From a virus (Duplodnaviria > Caudoviricetes), in the IMG/VR virus record IMGVR_UViG_3300045837_000080, positions 1 through 54,242 of that record: DNA of 54,242 nucleotides; one strand, given 5' to 3'. Shown here one piece after another: positions 33,988-42,873 of this stretch. The position numbers and the translations under genes are program-made. Each line of letters starts with the position of its first letter. The first letter of the stretch is position 1. Below the pieces are notes generated by a model, which was not told the origin of the DNA, made no database searches, and saw only the letters and a program-made list of their open reading frames with translations.

Positions 33988-36732
33988 TTAGTCAGTCTTG
34001 CCTTGGTATTTCAGGAGAGCGGCGTATGCAGCTTCCCGCTCCGCAGGATTCTCGCTGGTGCGCCATGTCCGCTCAAGCTGGCGCATCATCATTCCCTGGA
34101 CGCTCTTGGAAATCTCCGCCTGCTGCACGATGCCCGCCGGGCGTGTCGTGTGCATCGCGGGATTGAGCGCCAGACCGGGGAACGCGGTGGTCGAAGGATC
34201 GCGCTCGTTCGCCAGCGCCTCCCAGCGCCGGTCGTGCACTTCCTCTTTCTCGCGCAGGCTGTCCACCTGCTGCTTGTAGGAGGCATTCTCGGACAGCAGA
34301 TCCTCGATCCGCTTGTCCTGGGCGGCGATCCTCTCCTCGAACGGGGTGAGGATGTCGCTCATCATCGTCTTCATCACCTCGGGGGTGAGAGACTTGGAAA
34401 CCTCGGGCTCCGGCGGCGCGCTCACGACCGCTGCCTTAGCCGCCGTCTCGGCAGGGGGGATCTCGATGCCCAGCGCCTTCAGCACCGCATCGCGGGAGGT
34501 GATGCCCTTCTGCACCTGCCGCTGGAGGTTCTCCGCGTACTTCTTCGCCGTCCGCTTGGACAGCTTGGTACGCGCCTGCTCCTCGGTGATCAGCCCGGCA
34601 CGGACCTGCTTCTCCAGCTTGGAAATGTATTTGTAAACATCGCCCAGGACGGCAGTTTCCGGAGTCTCGGTCATCTTGCCGAGCCCGACCGGCAGGTTCA
34701 GGGTGTGACCATCCTCCTGCCGGTACGCATCTTGTTCGATCATGGGGCAGCTGGCGGGGAACATGTGCGCCAGGTGGTCGTGCATCATCGACAGAGCCCG
34801 GCGAGCCTTGTCCTTCTCCAGCACCGCGTAGCGGATCTGGGTGGGGACCCCCTGCTGCTCGGGGTACTCGAAGCTGGACTTCATGTGGCTCGGGCTCGGG
34901 GACTGGTGCGCCGAGGTGAGCGGGGGACGCCCGAAGCTGTGCGCGTTCGGGGAGCCGTCCGGGATGCGCGGCGCGGTCGTCGGGCTGCCGTAGCCCTGGG
35001 AGTGCGCGGCATGCCCGTCAGTGATGCACGGGCGGTTGTACTTGCGCGGGCTCATCGCGCCCGGGGTGGGGAAGCTGGACACGCCCGGGTTCGCGTCCCG
35101 GAACGCCTTGTGCGCCTCCGCCCGGAAGTCGTTGAGCATCCCCTGGTCGGAGTTCCTCAGCAGGACGGCGGACTGCCATGCCTGCTGAGCCTCGGTCGCC
35201 TCGGCGATCGACTTCCCGGCGGCTGCCGCCAGCGCCTTGCGCTGCCACAGCCCCTCATCCACCAAGGTGGTGAAATCGGCGAACGGGAAGAACTCTGCGG
35301 TCTGCTCAGGGGAGAACGCCGGGCAGGTCATATCGTGCATGATGCCCAGGTCGGTGTCGATCCCGATCGTCTTGAACCGCATGACCGCCGACTCGCTCTT
35401 CATGTGCGGCTTGGCGGGGTATTCTTTCAGGTCGCCGAGCGGAGCCGGGTTCATGTCAGCGGGCTCTTCCGCGCCGCTGGCGGTCTTCGGGTCCATGTCG
35501 CACTTCTCAGCGTCGCCCTGCACGCTCTTGGCGTCATCGCCGTCAGCGGGCTTGTTCAGCCACGGGGGCAGCTTCTTGCCTTTCTTGCCCTTTGCGGGCT
35601 TGGGAGCCTTGGCTGCCTTCCCGGTCGCCTGGTCCTCGACCTGGTCGTTGTCCTCGTCGCTGGACGGCTTGGGGATGCTCTTGCCCGGGGTGGGGTCAGA
35701 GCCGCCGCCGGCAGCCGGGTCCTTGATGATCGCCGGGACGGCTTCCTTCACCTCGGCGGTGACCTCCGGCGCCGGGATCACCTTCTCCGCGCCGTCTTCC
35801 AGCGGGTTGGCGACGCCCAGCTCCTTCGCCCGCCGCGCGATCAGCTTCTTCGCGCCCTCGGCGTTGCCGTGCCCGGTGCGCGCCAGGTGCGCGGCGTTGT
35901 GCAGGTCGCCCTCGTTGGCGATCGGGTAGGAGCCGTCCGCCAGGGCGTGCCCGGCGGAGGCGAGGCTGCGGCGCTCGGCGGTGCTCACGTCCCGCTTGTA
36001 GACCGCCCGCTCAGCCTCGGCGATCGCCTTGAGCGCGACATCGTCGTCCCGCTGCTTCGCCATCTTCTCCTGCATGATCCGCCACATGTCGTTCGGGGTG
36101 AAGTCGATCTTCATCGACTCGAAATCGAAGGAGGAGATGTCGCTGACCACGGCATCGGACTTGGTCACCTCGGCATCCAGCGCCTTGGCGATCGCCTGCT
36201 CATCGCCGAACACCTCCCCGGTGAACTCGGCATGCCCGTCGGAGGCGCTCTTGACCAGCTGGAACCCGCAGGAGGCATTGGCGGGGCGGTCGACCAGGGA
36301 GATCTCCACGATCTTCCCCGACTTGATGATCCCGCCGCGCGCCTTCCCGGTCAGGTCCCGCTCGATCGTCGGGTTGGCGATCCCCACGCTGTAGGCGCGC
36401 AGCACTCCCTTGGACACCAGCCGCTTGGCGACCGGCTCGACGATCAGGGACTTCACCCAGGTTGCCCCGGACTCATCCGTGCTCGCCTCCACGCCGATCC
36501 CGGCGGGGTCGCGCTGCGGGTTGTGCTGCACCCGGACGTTCCCGCCCGTGGACAGCCAGTCGCTGATCGCCTTCGAGCTGAACCCGGGGTCCACGATCTG
36601 CATGTCGTGGTCGACGGAGCCGTCTGTGGCTTTCCCGTACACCATGAGATCGCCGTCGGGGGTGCTCTCCACCTTCTCGATGCCAAAACTCACGTACGTG
36701 AGTTCGCCCGTCCCGGTGAGAGTAGCTGCCAC
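33988..36732 (-). CDS. prohead protease-scaffold fusion
   Basis: VYGKAT..VDHD.QIV, VRVQHN, AYSVG, EISLVDRPAN (HK97-type protease); long charged coiled-coil C-terminus. Confidence 0.85.
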   Translation of the reverse strand: MAATLTGTGELTYVSFGIEKVESTPDGDLMVYGKATDGSVDHDMQIVDPGFSSKAISDWLSTGGNVRVQHNPQRDPAGIGVEASTDESGATWVKSLIVEPVAKRLVSKGVLRAYSVGIANPTIERDLTGKARGGIIKSGKIVEISLVDRPANASCGFQLVKSASDGHAEFTGEVFGDEQAIAKALDAEVTKSDAVVSDISSFDFESMKIDFTPNDMWRIMQEKMAKQRDDDVALKAIAEAERAVYKRDVSTAERRSLASAGHALADGSYPIANEGDLHNAAHLARTGHGNAEGAKKLIARRAKELGVANPLEDGAEKVIPAPEVTAEVKEAVPAIIKDPAAGGGSDPTPGKSIPKPSSDEDNDQVEDQATGKAAKAPKPAKGKKGKKLPPWLNKPADGDDAKSVQGDAEKCDMDPKTASGAEEPADMNPAPLGDLKEYPAKPHMKSESAVMRFKTIGIDTDLGIMHDMTCPAFSPEQTAEFFPFADFTTLVDEGLWQRKALAAAAGKSIAEATEAQQAWQSAVLLRNSDQGMLNDFRAEAHKAFRDANPGVSSFPTPGAMSPRKYNRPCITDGHAAHSQGYGSPTTAPRIPDGSPNAHSFGRPPLTSAHQSPSPSHMKSSFEYPEQQGVPTQIRYAVLEKDKARRALSMMHDHLAHMFPASCPMIEQDAYRQEDGHTLNLPVGLGKMTETPETAVLGDVYKYISKLEKQVRAGLITEEQARTKLSKRTAKKYAENLQRQVQKGITSRDAVLKALGIEIPPAETAAKAAVVSAPPEPEVSKSLTPEVMKTMMSDILTPFEERIAAQDKRIEDLLSENASYKQQVDSLREKEEVHDRRWEALANERDPSTTAFPGLALNPAMHTTRPAGIVQQAEISKSVQGMMMRQLERTWRTSENPAEREAAYAALLKYQGKTD

Positions 36733-36796
36733 ACGCCTCCATGAAAGGAAAATGAAAAGGGGCTCACGCCGAAAGGCAATAAGCCACCTGATGCGA

Positions 36797-36826
36797 ATTT
36801 TAAGTTAATTACCGCAGGTCTGTCAA
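36797..36826 (-). promoter_or_regulatory. sigma70-type promoter for the capsid operon
   Basis: TTGACA-18-TAAAAT on the - strand in an AT-rich gap. Confidence 0.75.
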
Positions 36827-36832
36827 GTGCCG

Positions 36833-37039
36833 CTATTTCAGCGGTCGCGCTTTCCAGCCGTCGGCGAAAGGGAGCACGTACCCGGCGTCGGTGAAGATCA
36901 CCCCGTGCTTCAGCTTAGGTCGTATCCCGCATCTCTCGCAGGAGTTCAGCAACCTCGCCAATGCCAGCAGGAGCATAACCGGGTCCTCGCGAGGCTTCGA
37001 GCCGCGCTTGCGCTTCCGCGTATTCTTTTTTGATGTCAT
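36833..37039 (-). CDS. small basic hypothetical protein
   Basis: ORF track; overlaps an alternative ORF. Confidence 0.4.
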   Translation of the reverse strand: MTSKKNTRKRKRGSKPREDPVMLLLALARLLNSCERCGIRPKLKHGVIFTDAGYVLPFADGWKARPLK

Positions 37040-37207
37040 CCAGCCACTCCGGGAGCATGACCCATATCAGCGAGTAGCCCTCGCAGCTTTCAGCCAGGCA
37101 GTGCCAGTTCCAGCCCCGCCTGAAGTTCTGCCCCCCGGGGTCAGGGTGGTAGTTGTCCCGGTGGACGCAGGCTTTGAACCCGTGACAGGCGCATCTCGGG
37201 TGCGGGG

Positions 37208-37879
37208 TCAGTGGTGGCTGGCTTTGAGGTCTTCCCATTCCCTGAGCGCCCTCTGCGCCGCCTGCTGGACCTCCGGGGTGACCTTGACTTTCCCGCCGAA
37301 AGCCTTCCCCTCCGCCCACGATTTCACCGCGTTGACCGCCGTGGCGATCGCCTGCGATTCTTCCATGCCGTCCCGCATGAGCGCGTGCGCGGTGTTCTCG
37401 ATGTACGCTGGCAGGGATTGCTTTTCCGGGACGTGCTTGTCCGGGGTGTGCCACAGCCCCTCGGTGCCCAGCGGGTTGTGCTCGGTGCTCGCCCGCGCGG
37501 TATCCGCTGACTTCAGCCAGTCCCGCAGCGCGGGGTTTTCCAGCTGCCCCGTCTCCCAGCCGAACGCGGTCGCCTCCGCCAGGACGGGGAAACCCGCGTC
37601 ATGGGCTTTCACCAGGACACGGAACGCTTCTTTGCGGATCTCCCAGCAGTCAGCCTGCAGGTTCTTCTGGGCGTCGGTGACCGTCTTCTCCGAGCGGTAC
37701 AGCAGCTCCAGCTTGCCCGCTGCGGCATCATAGCGCTCGCGCAATGCCGGCAGGCGCAGGTACTCCCGGCGAGCGTCATCGCCGAAGCCGTACCGGTACT
37801 CCCAGGCGCGCTCGCGCTTCTCGCTCACAGGGGCAGGCTGGGGCTGGATGGGCTCGCATGGCGCGAAAGGATTCGTCAT
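37208..37879 (-). CDS. head-module hypothetical protein
   Basis: ATG 37879; GLW...LPAYIE..AHAL.R.G...S.AIA.AV..VK.WA.G motif. Confidence 0.65.
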   Translation of the reverse strand: MTNPFAPCEPIQPQPAPVSEKRERAWEYRYGFGDDARREYLRLPALRERYDAAAGKLELLYRSEKTVTDAQKNLQADCWEIRKEAFRVLVKAHDAGFPVLAEATAFGWETGQLENPALRDWLKSADTARASTEHNPLGTEGLWHTPDKHVPEKQSLPAYIENTAHALMRDGMEESQAIATAVNAVKSWAEGKAFGGKVKVTPEVQQAAQRALREWEDLKASHH

Positions 37880-38042
37880 CCCGCCCCCCGTCATGTCCCG
37901 ATCCCGACAGTAAGACCAGAGGTGTCGAACTTCTCCGTGTCGATCACGAAAAACGTGGGAACCGTGCCGCCGGACGGCGTGAAGTCGCGAACCTTCCCGG
38001 AGCCCGCGCACATCGGGCACTCCTTGCGCGGTTCTTCCTCGC

Positions 38043-41000
38043 TCACTTCGCCTCCCAGCGGTCACAGGTATCCCCGGGCTTGATGTGCCCCATCACCAGG
38101 TCGCATGTCCCGCCCGGGTGGAACATGACGCAATTGCCGCATTTGCGGTTCCCGGTCGCATGGCGGTAATTCACGCTGTCCTTGCTCAGGCTCGGACGCC
38201 TTGCTGCCTTATTGGCGGGGTCGCTGCCCTGGTGCAATTGGCTGGAATGGGTTTCCCATGCTGCCTGGCGGTCCGCCTCGTCGATGTTCCCCAGGTACGC
38301 CAGGACATCCTGCTTCAGGTTCCTGCGCGCCAGTGCCCGGTGATGCCCGTCCACGAGGAACGCCTTGTGCGTGGACGGCTCCTGGACGAGGATAGACGGG
38401 GCGACATGCCCGTCATGAGCGGCGATCTGCCGCTCGAATTCCTTCACCTTGCCCGGCTGGTGACTCGCAGCCCACTTGTCGATGTCGTCGGTGTCCACCC
38501 GGTCCCACGGCACCATCACCGGTCCCGTCCACCGCGCCCTCTTCACCCACTCGATGGCTTTCGGAGGGAAATTGGCTGCCATCTGGAGGTAGACATGCTC
38601 AGCATCGACAGGGTTCGGGTCGTTCAGGTTCTCCACGTTCTTGAGCTGCATGCGCTCCGCCAGTGCCCGAGGGATCACATAGCTGTTATCCAGCCATACT
38701 GGAGGAGTGTCCCAGCTGGCGCTAGGGACAAGCCCGCCCTTGGAGTACAGGACGTTCCCGTCCTCGCCCTGATGCTGGACAGCCTCCGCCGGATCATAGG
38801 TCTCCGGGGATTCCGGACGGGGTGTCTCCGGGTGAGGCAGCTGCGGCTTGGGGGCTCCCACGATGGGGCGGACGCCCTTGATCTTGCCCCCGGGCACTGA
38901 TTGCGCGCCCATCCCGGGGCTTCCCGCGATGCCGCCCTGCGGGTTCTGCCCGTCCTCGCTGGACGGGAACCTCTTCGCCGGCTTGTTCTTCGCCCGGCGC
39001 TTCGGATATCCCTCGTCATCCGTGCCCCGGGGGTAGACGTGGGCAACCCGCTCATCCGCCCGGTCCTGGGGTCCCTGGCGCGGAGGTTCCGTTGCGCCCA
39101 TCTCCCCCTGGGCTTGCCCGCCGCCGCCCCTGGTGTTCTGCGGAGCCCCGTCGCTGCGCCGGGGCAGCTGCACCTGGGCACCGCCGCCGGGGGCAGGATA
39201 CGGGTAATTGACGCTATCCTGCGGATGTTCCAGGACCAGCCACTCGCCATTTTCGGTGCGGACATTCTGGGCTGCCTTGGATGCGTTATCCTTCAGGCGG
39301 ATACCCTTCTCCCAGTCATCCCGGAATTTCGGCGACAGGTCGAGATCCCCGATTTCCTTCTTCCGGAACCAGGCAGCGCCCAGGGTTTCCTCCGGGGTGC
39401 TCCCGTTCATCTTCGGGTGGAAATACTCAGTGTCGCACAGGTACAGGTAGACCTGCGCCCCGTCCTCGACATGGTGGAAGGTCTTCGCCACGGTCAGCGC
39501 GGGGATGTCCCCGATCTCCTCGGTGACCTCCCGTACCGCCGCATCCCACGGAGCCTCGCCCACGTGCGGCTTGCCCCCGGGCATGCCCCAGCTGCCGTCT
39601 GAGCGCTGCTGGAGCAGGAACCGGGTCTTGCCGTCCTCATCCTCAGCGCGCAGCAGCAGCCAGCACAGCCGGTTCTCGTCCTCCCGGGCTGCCTGCCGCG
39701 CCTCGTCCATCGTCATGTAGCGCTTGCCGAGATGCGCCTGCGGCGGGGTCAGCTCCATCCCGGCAGGGGCGGACACGCACCGGCACATCGGGTGCAGCGG
39801 CGGCTCCCCGCCCGGGTAGATGGCATCCAGCGGGATGGTCCCCGCGTTTTCTGCCGCCTTGCAGGTCTCGCACTCGCGGTCATCGGGGGCTGCCAGCAGG
39901 TGCTTGCGGGTCACCCCGTGATCCTTGTACGCCTGGATAGCCCCGGCGTTCATCGCCCTGGCGACCTCGGTGCGGGCGATCATCTCGCTGCGGGCGGAAG
40001 AATTGCCCAGCCCGGTGCGGGACACCTTGTCCAGCCAGTGCTGCCCCTCGGTGCCCAGGAACGCCTCGAACGCCGCCCCGGAGTGGTCGGCGGCGAAATC
40101 GGGCTCATTCCCGGTGACCAGCGACCGTGCCGATTCATATCCCAGGTCCCACGCGGACTTCCACATCGGGGTCATCGCGCCGGAGAACACGTCCCTGCTC
40201 GCATCGGAGATCATCCCGGTCAGCACCGGGGGAGAGACGAACAGCTCTCCGGACGCGGCGTCCTTGCGGATCTGCTGCCCCCTGATCTCGGCGTCGGTGA
40301 ATGCCTGGGAGATCAGCTCCTTGTACCGCCCGACCAGCCCCAGGTCATGACGCCACCCCGGGAACTCCGCGAGTTCGCTCGCAGCGCTTTTGTGCTGCTC
40401 CGGGAACTGCGCACCTTCTGCTTTCGCGGCGAACAGGGCGGCGCGGTCCACCGCGATGCCCGGGGGAATCCCCTGCCCGATCGCCTTCTGGATCATCGGG
40501 AGCACGGAAGGGTTGATATGCTGCGGCTCCCATGACCCGATGTCCCTGCCCTTGCGCAGGTGGCGCTTGAGCGAGTCCAGCTCCGCCTCTGCCGCCTTGT
40601 TGCGCATGCGTCCCTGGGTGGGGGTCCTGCCCTCGCCGCGCTTGCGGCTGCCCGCGACCGGGGAGCGGGACGGGGTCCCGCCCGTGCTGCCCCGCACCGG
40701 GCGCTGCAGCTGGGCAGCTGCCGCCTCGTGCGCCGGGGTGATGCTCGCCCTGCTGGGCGCCAGCGGCGCCGGGTGGCTGCCGTTCGGCTTGGTACCCCCG
40801 GTGCCCCGGCGCACCGACGGCTGCTTGGATGTCGTCTTCTTCTTCGAAGAGCTGCTGCTGCCCTGTTGCTGCCCTTGCAGTGCCGCCTGGATCAGCTGGG
40901 GCGCCATCGAGAACGGGACGGGACCCTGCTGGGTCATCACGATCGGCTCGGAGGTCTCCTGGAGCCCCCACGGGGGCAGGTCCAGCCGCTCCCGCACCTC

Positions 41001-42506
41001 GTCGATCGAGGAGATCCCGTTCTGGATCTGGTCCACGCCCAGCTGGGTGATCGCCTGCTTGTCCTCGTCATCCACGAGCCCCTTGAACTCGAACTGCATG
41101 TCCCGCTGACCGCAGATATCCTGGATGACGTAATTGAAGATATCGCAGAGGAATTTCAGCAGCGGACGGGTGGACATGCGGGACTTGATGTCCCGGTTCT
41201 CCTGCCCGGCGAACCGGATGCCCGCCGCCGAGGGTCCGGTCGGGGTCCCCCCGACATTCGGGATGATCCCCAGTTCATAGGGCTGAACGTCGAACGCCAT
41301 GCACACCTGGTTCATCACCAGGTAGTCGAAAGAATCGCTCAGGTCCACCGGGCGTTGCGGGTCGACTTTGCTCCCCGGCGGCAGGACGATCACCTTCAGG
41401 TGGTACGCCGGGTCTCCCGCGAGAGAATTCAGCGCGCTTTGCAGTTCCCCGATCTGGGTGGGGGTGATGCCCACGTCCCCCGGGGAGATGTAAACGGCGG
41501 GAATCGTCCCCTCGGTGAAGTAGTCGAGCTGGAACTCCTGCTTCTGCAAGCCGGAGATAATCGGCAGCAGCGCTCTTTCCACCGGGGGGAACCCGTACGG
41601 GGTCTCCCGGGTCACCCAGTAGGGGGCGTACAGCATCACATCGGAGCTGAAAGCATTTACTTCCGCGCCCTGGAGCCCCGCCTCCTCGATGTCCGTGCCC
41701 ATCGCGATCGTCATGTAATCGCTGCGGGGGACCCCGTAGAGGTACTGCTGGTAAGCGGGCGCCGGAGGGGCGGGGTGACCGCCGTGCAGGTCGATCAGCG
41801 GGCGGATCGTCGGACCGGAGATCAGGTTCAGGCTGTCCAGGTCCGACCCGAGAAGCCCCCTGCCGCCCATCCCGAAGCTCGCCCCGTATTTCGGGCGAAA
41901 CACGATGGAGAGCGCGTCGAAGACGAAGATCTCCTCCAGCAGCGCCGCCATGAACGAATCGAAATTCCAGAAATCGGGGTCCGGGCGGCGGAAGAAGCGG
42001 ACGAACTTGCCCTTGCGCTCCCCGAAGAACCGGTTAGCCTCCCGGTCGTTCCGGTAGGCTTTCGCCGCCTCCGTGGTCATGGTGATATCCCAGTCGAGCC
42101 CCCGGATCTCCTCGATCCGCAGCTCGATCGCTGCCCGCGCCACGCTGTACTTGGTGCTGATCGTCCTCAGCTGGTCGAAGCTCGCCAGCTTCAGCCCCTC
42201 GGTTCCCGGGGGAGTGGGCAGGTTCCACGACGGGCGGTACTGCCAGCGCCTGGGGCTGGGGAACTGCGCCCCCGGGTAGGGCTGGTCGACCGGGGTGGGC
42301 TGGATGGGCGGGGACGGGGCGAACGCGCCGTCGGAGAACACCGAGGCGGGGCGCTCCAGGAACGGACCGTAGACGTTGGAGTAATTCCCCTGGGCGTACA
42401 TCTCCGCCATCGCCGGGCTGATCCTGCCCATGCCGGAATTCGACGGGGCGGCAACGTATCTCCCGCCTGCTTTCAGTGCCGCGACGATCGCGCCCGGTCT
42501 GGCCAA
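38043..42506 (-). CDS. portal protein fused to MuF (SPP1 gp7-like), NUDIX, ParB-like and HiPIP-like domains
   Basis: Portal PYGFPPVE/YFTEG.IP/VC.AF.V.P.ELG/DEVRE; IARTEVARA..C..C..PPLHPMCRC; WGMPGG..GE....AVREV.EEIG; LVDGHHRA; CGNCVMF..C..V.G.I...C..W. Confidence 0.88.
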   Translation of the reverse strand: MARPGAIVAALKAGGRYVAAPSNSGMGRISPAMAEMYAQGNYSNVYGPFLERPASVFSDGAFAPSPPIQPTPVDQPYPGAQFPSPRRWQYRPSWNLPTPPGTEGLKLASFDQLRTISTKYSVARAAIELRIEEIRGLDWDITMTTEAAKAYRNDREANRFFGERKGKFVRFFRRPDPDFWNFDSFMAALLEEIFVFDALSIVFRPKYGASFGMGGRGLLGSDLDSLNLISGPTIRPLIDLHGGHPAPPAPAYQQYLYGVPRSDYMTIAMGTDIEEAGLQGAEVNAFSSDVMLYAPYWVTRETPYGFPPVERALLPIISGLQKQEFQLDYFTEGTIPAVYISPGDVGITPTQIGELQSALNSLAGDPAYHLKVIVLPPGSKVDPQRPVDLSDSFDYLVMNQVCMAFDVQPYELGIIPNVGGTPTGPSAAGIRFAGQENRDIKSRMSTRPLLKFLCDIFNYVIQDICGQRDMQFEFKGLVDDEDKQAITQLGVDQIQNGISSIDEVRERLDLPPWGLQETSEPIVMTQQGPVPFSMAPQLIQAALQGQQQGSSSSSKKKTTSKQPSVRRGTGGTKPNGSHPAPLAPSRASITPAHEAAAAQLQRPVRGSTGGTPSRSPVAGSRKRGEGRTPTQGRMRNKAAEAELDSLKRHLRKGRDIGSWEPQHINPSVLPMIQKAIGQGIPPGIAVDRAALFAAKAEGAQFPEQHKSAASELAEFPGWRHDLGLVGRYKELISQAFTDAEIRGQQIRKDAASGELFVSPPVLTGMISDASRDVFSGAMTPMWKSAWDLGYESARSLVTGNEPDFAADHSGAAFEAFLGTEGQHWLDKVSRTGLGNSSARSEMIARTEVARAMNAGAIQAYKDHGVTRKHLLAAPDDRECETCKAAENAGTIPLDAIYPGGEPPLHPMCRCVSAPAGMELTPPQAHLGKRYMTMDEARQAAREDENRLCWLLLRAEDEDGKTRFLLQQRSDGSWGMPGGKPHVGEAPWDAAVREVTEEIGDIPALTVAKTFHHVEDGAQVYLYLCDTEYFHPKMNGSTPEETLGAAWFRKKEIGDLDLSPKFRDDWEKGIRLKDNASKAAQNVRTENGEWLVLEHPQDSVNYPYPAPGGGAQVQLPRRSDGAPQNTRGGGGQAQGEMGATEPPRQGPQDRADERVAHVYPRGTDDEGYPKRRAKNKPAKRFPSSEDGQNPQGGIAGSPGMGAQSVPGGKIKGVRPIVGAPKPQLPHPETPRPESPETYDPAEAVQHQGEDGNVLYSKGGLVPSASWDTPPVWLDNSYVIPRALAERMQLKNVENLNDPNPVDAEHVYLQMAANFPPKAIEWVKRARWTGPVMVPWDRVDTDDIDKWAASHQPGKVKEFERQIAAHDGHVAPSILVQEPSTHKAFLVDGHHRALARRNLKQDVLAYLGNIDEADRQAAWETHSSQLHQGSDPANKAARRPSLSKDSVNYRHATGNRKCGNCVMFHPGGTCDLVMGHIKPGDTCDRWEAK

Positions 42507-42516
42507 TGCATGCCTT

Positions 42517-42873
42517 TCAGGTAACCTGAAGGGTCGCCCCGATGAGCACGGGGATTTCCGGATTGTCAGTGATCTTCACGTAGACCGTGTACGTCCCTAT
42601 CCCCAGCGTCACCGTCCCGGACGGTCCGACCAGGCATTTCGCGTTATAGGGGTAGATGGCGTTGGCGGAAGTATCCCAGGACCCGCTCACCCAGTCCGTA
42701 ACCTGCGGCACCTGGGTGGGAGTGGGCATGAACGCGAACTGGACGACATCGGAAGTGGGATTGTAAGAAGCGCCGCCTTTAGTAGCCTGCACCGGGATGA
42801 GGATGTACTCGGTGGACAGGTGATTAAGCCCGATCGCGTCGAAACCCACAGTCCACTCCTGGAAACCGGTCAT
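42517..42873 (-). CDS. BppU-like small virion protein
   Basis: V.FAF..P...DW..G.W, CLVGP, G.Y.VYVKITDNPEIPV pattern. Confidence 0.6.
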   Translation of the reverse strand: MTGFQEWTVGFDAIGLNHLSTEYILIPVQATKGGASYNPTSDVVQFAFMPTPTQVPQVTDWVSGSWDTSANAIYPYNAKCLVGPSGTVTLGIGTYTVYVKITDNPEIPVLIGATLQVT

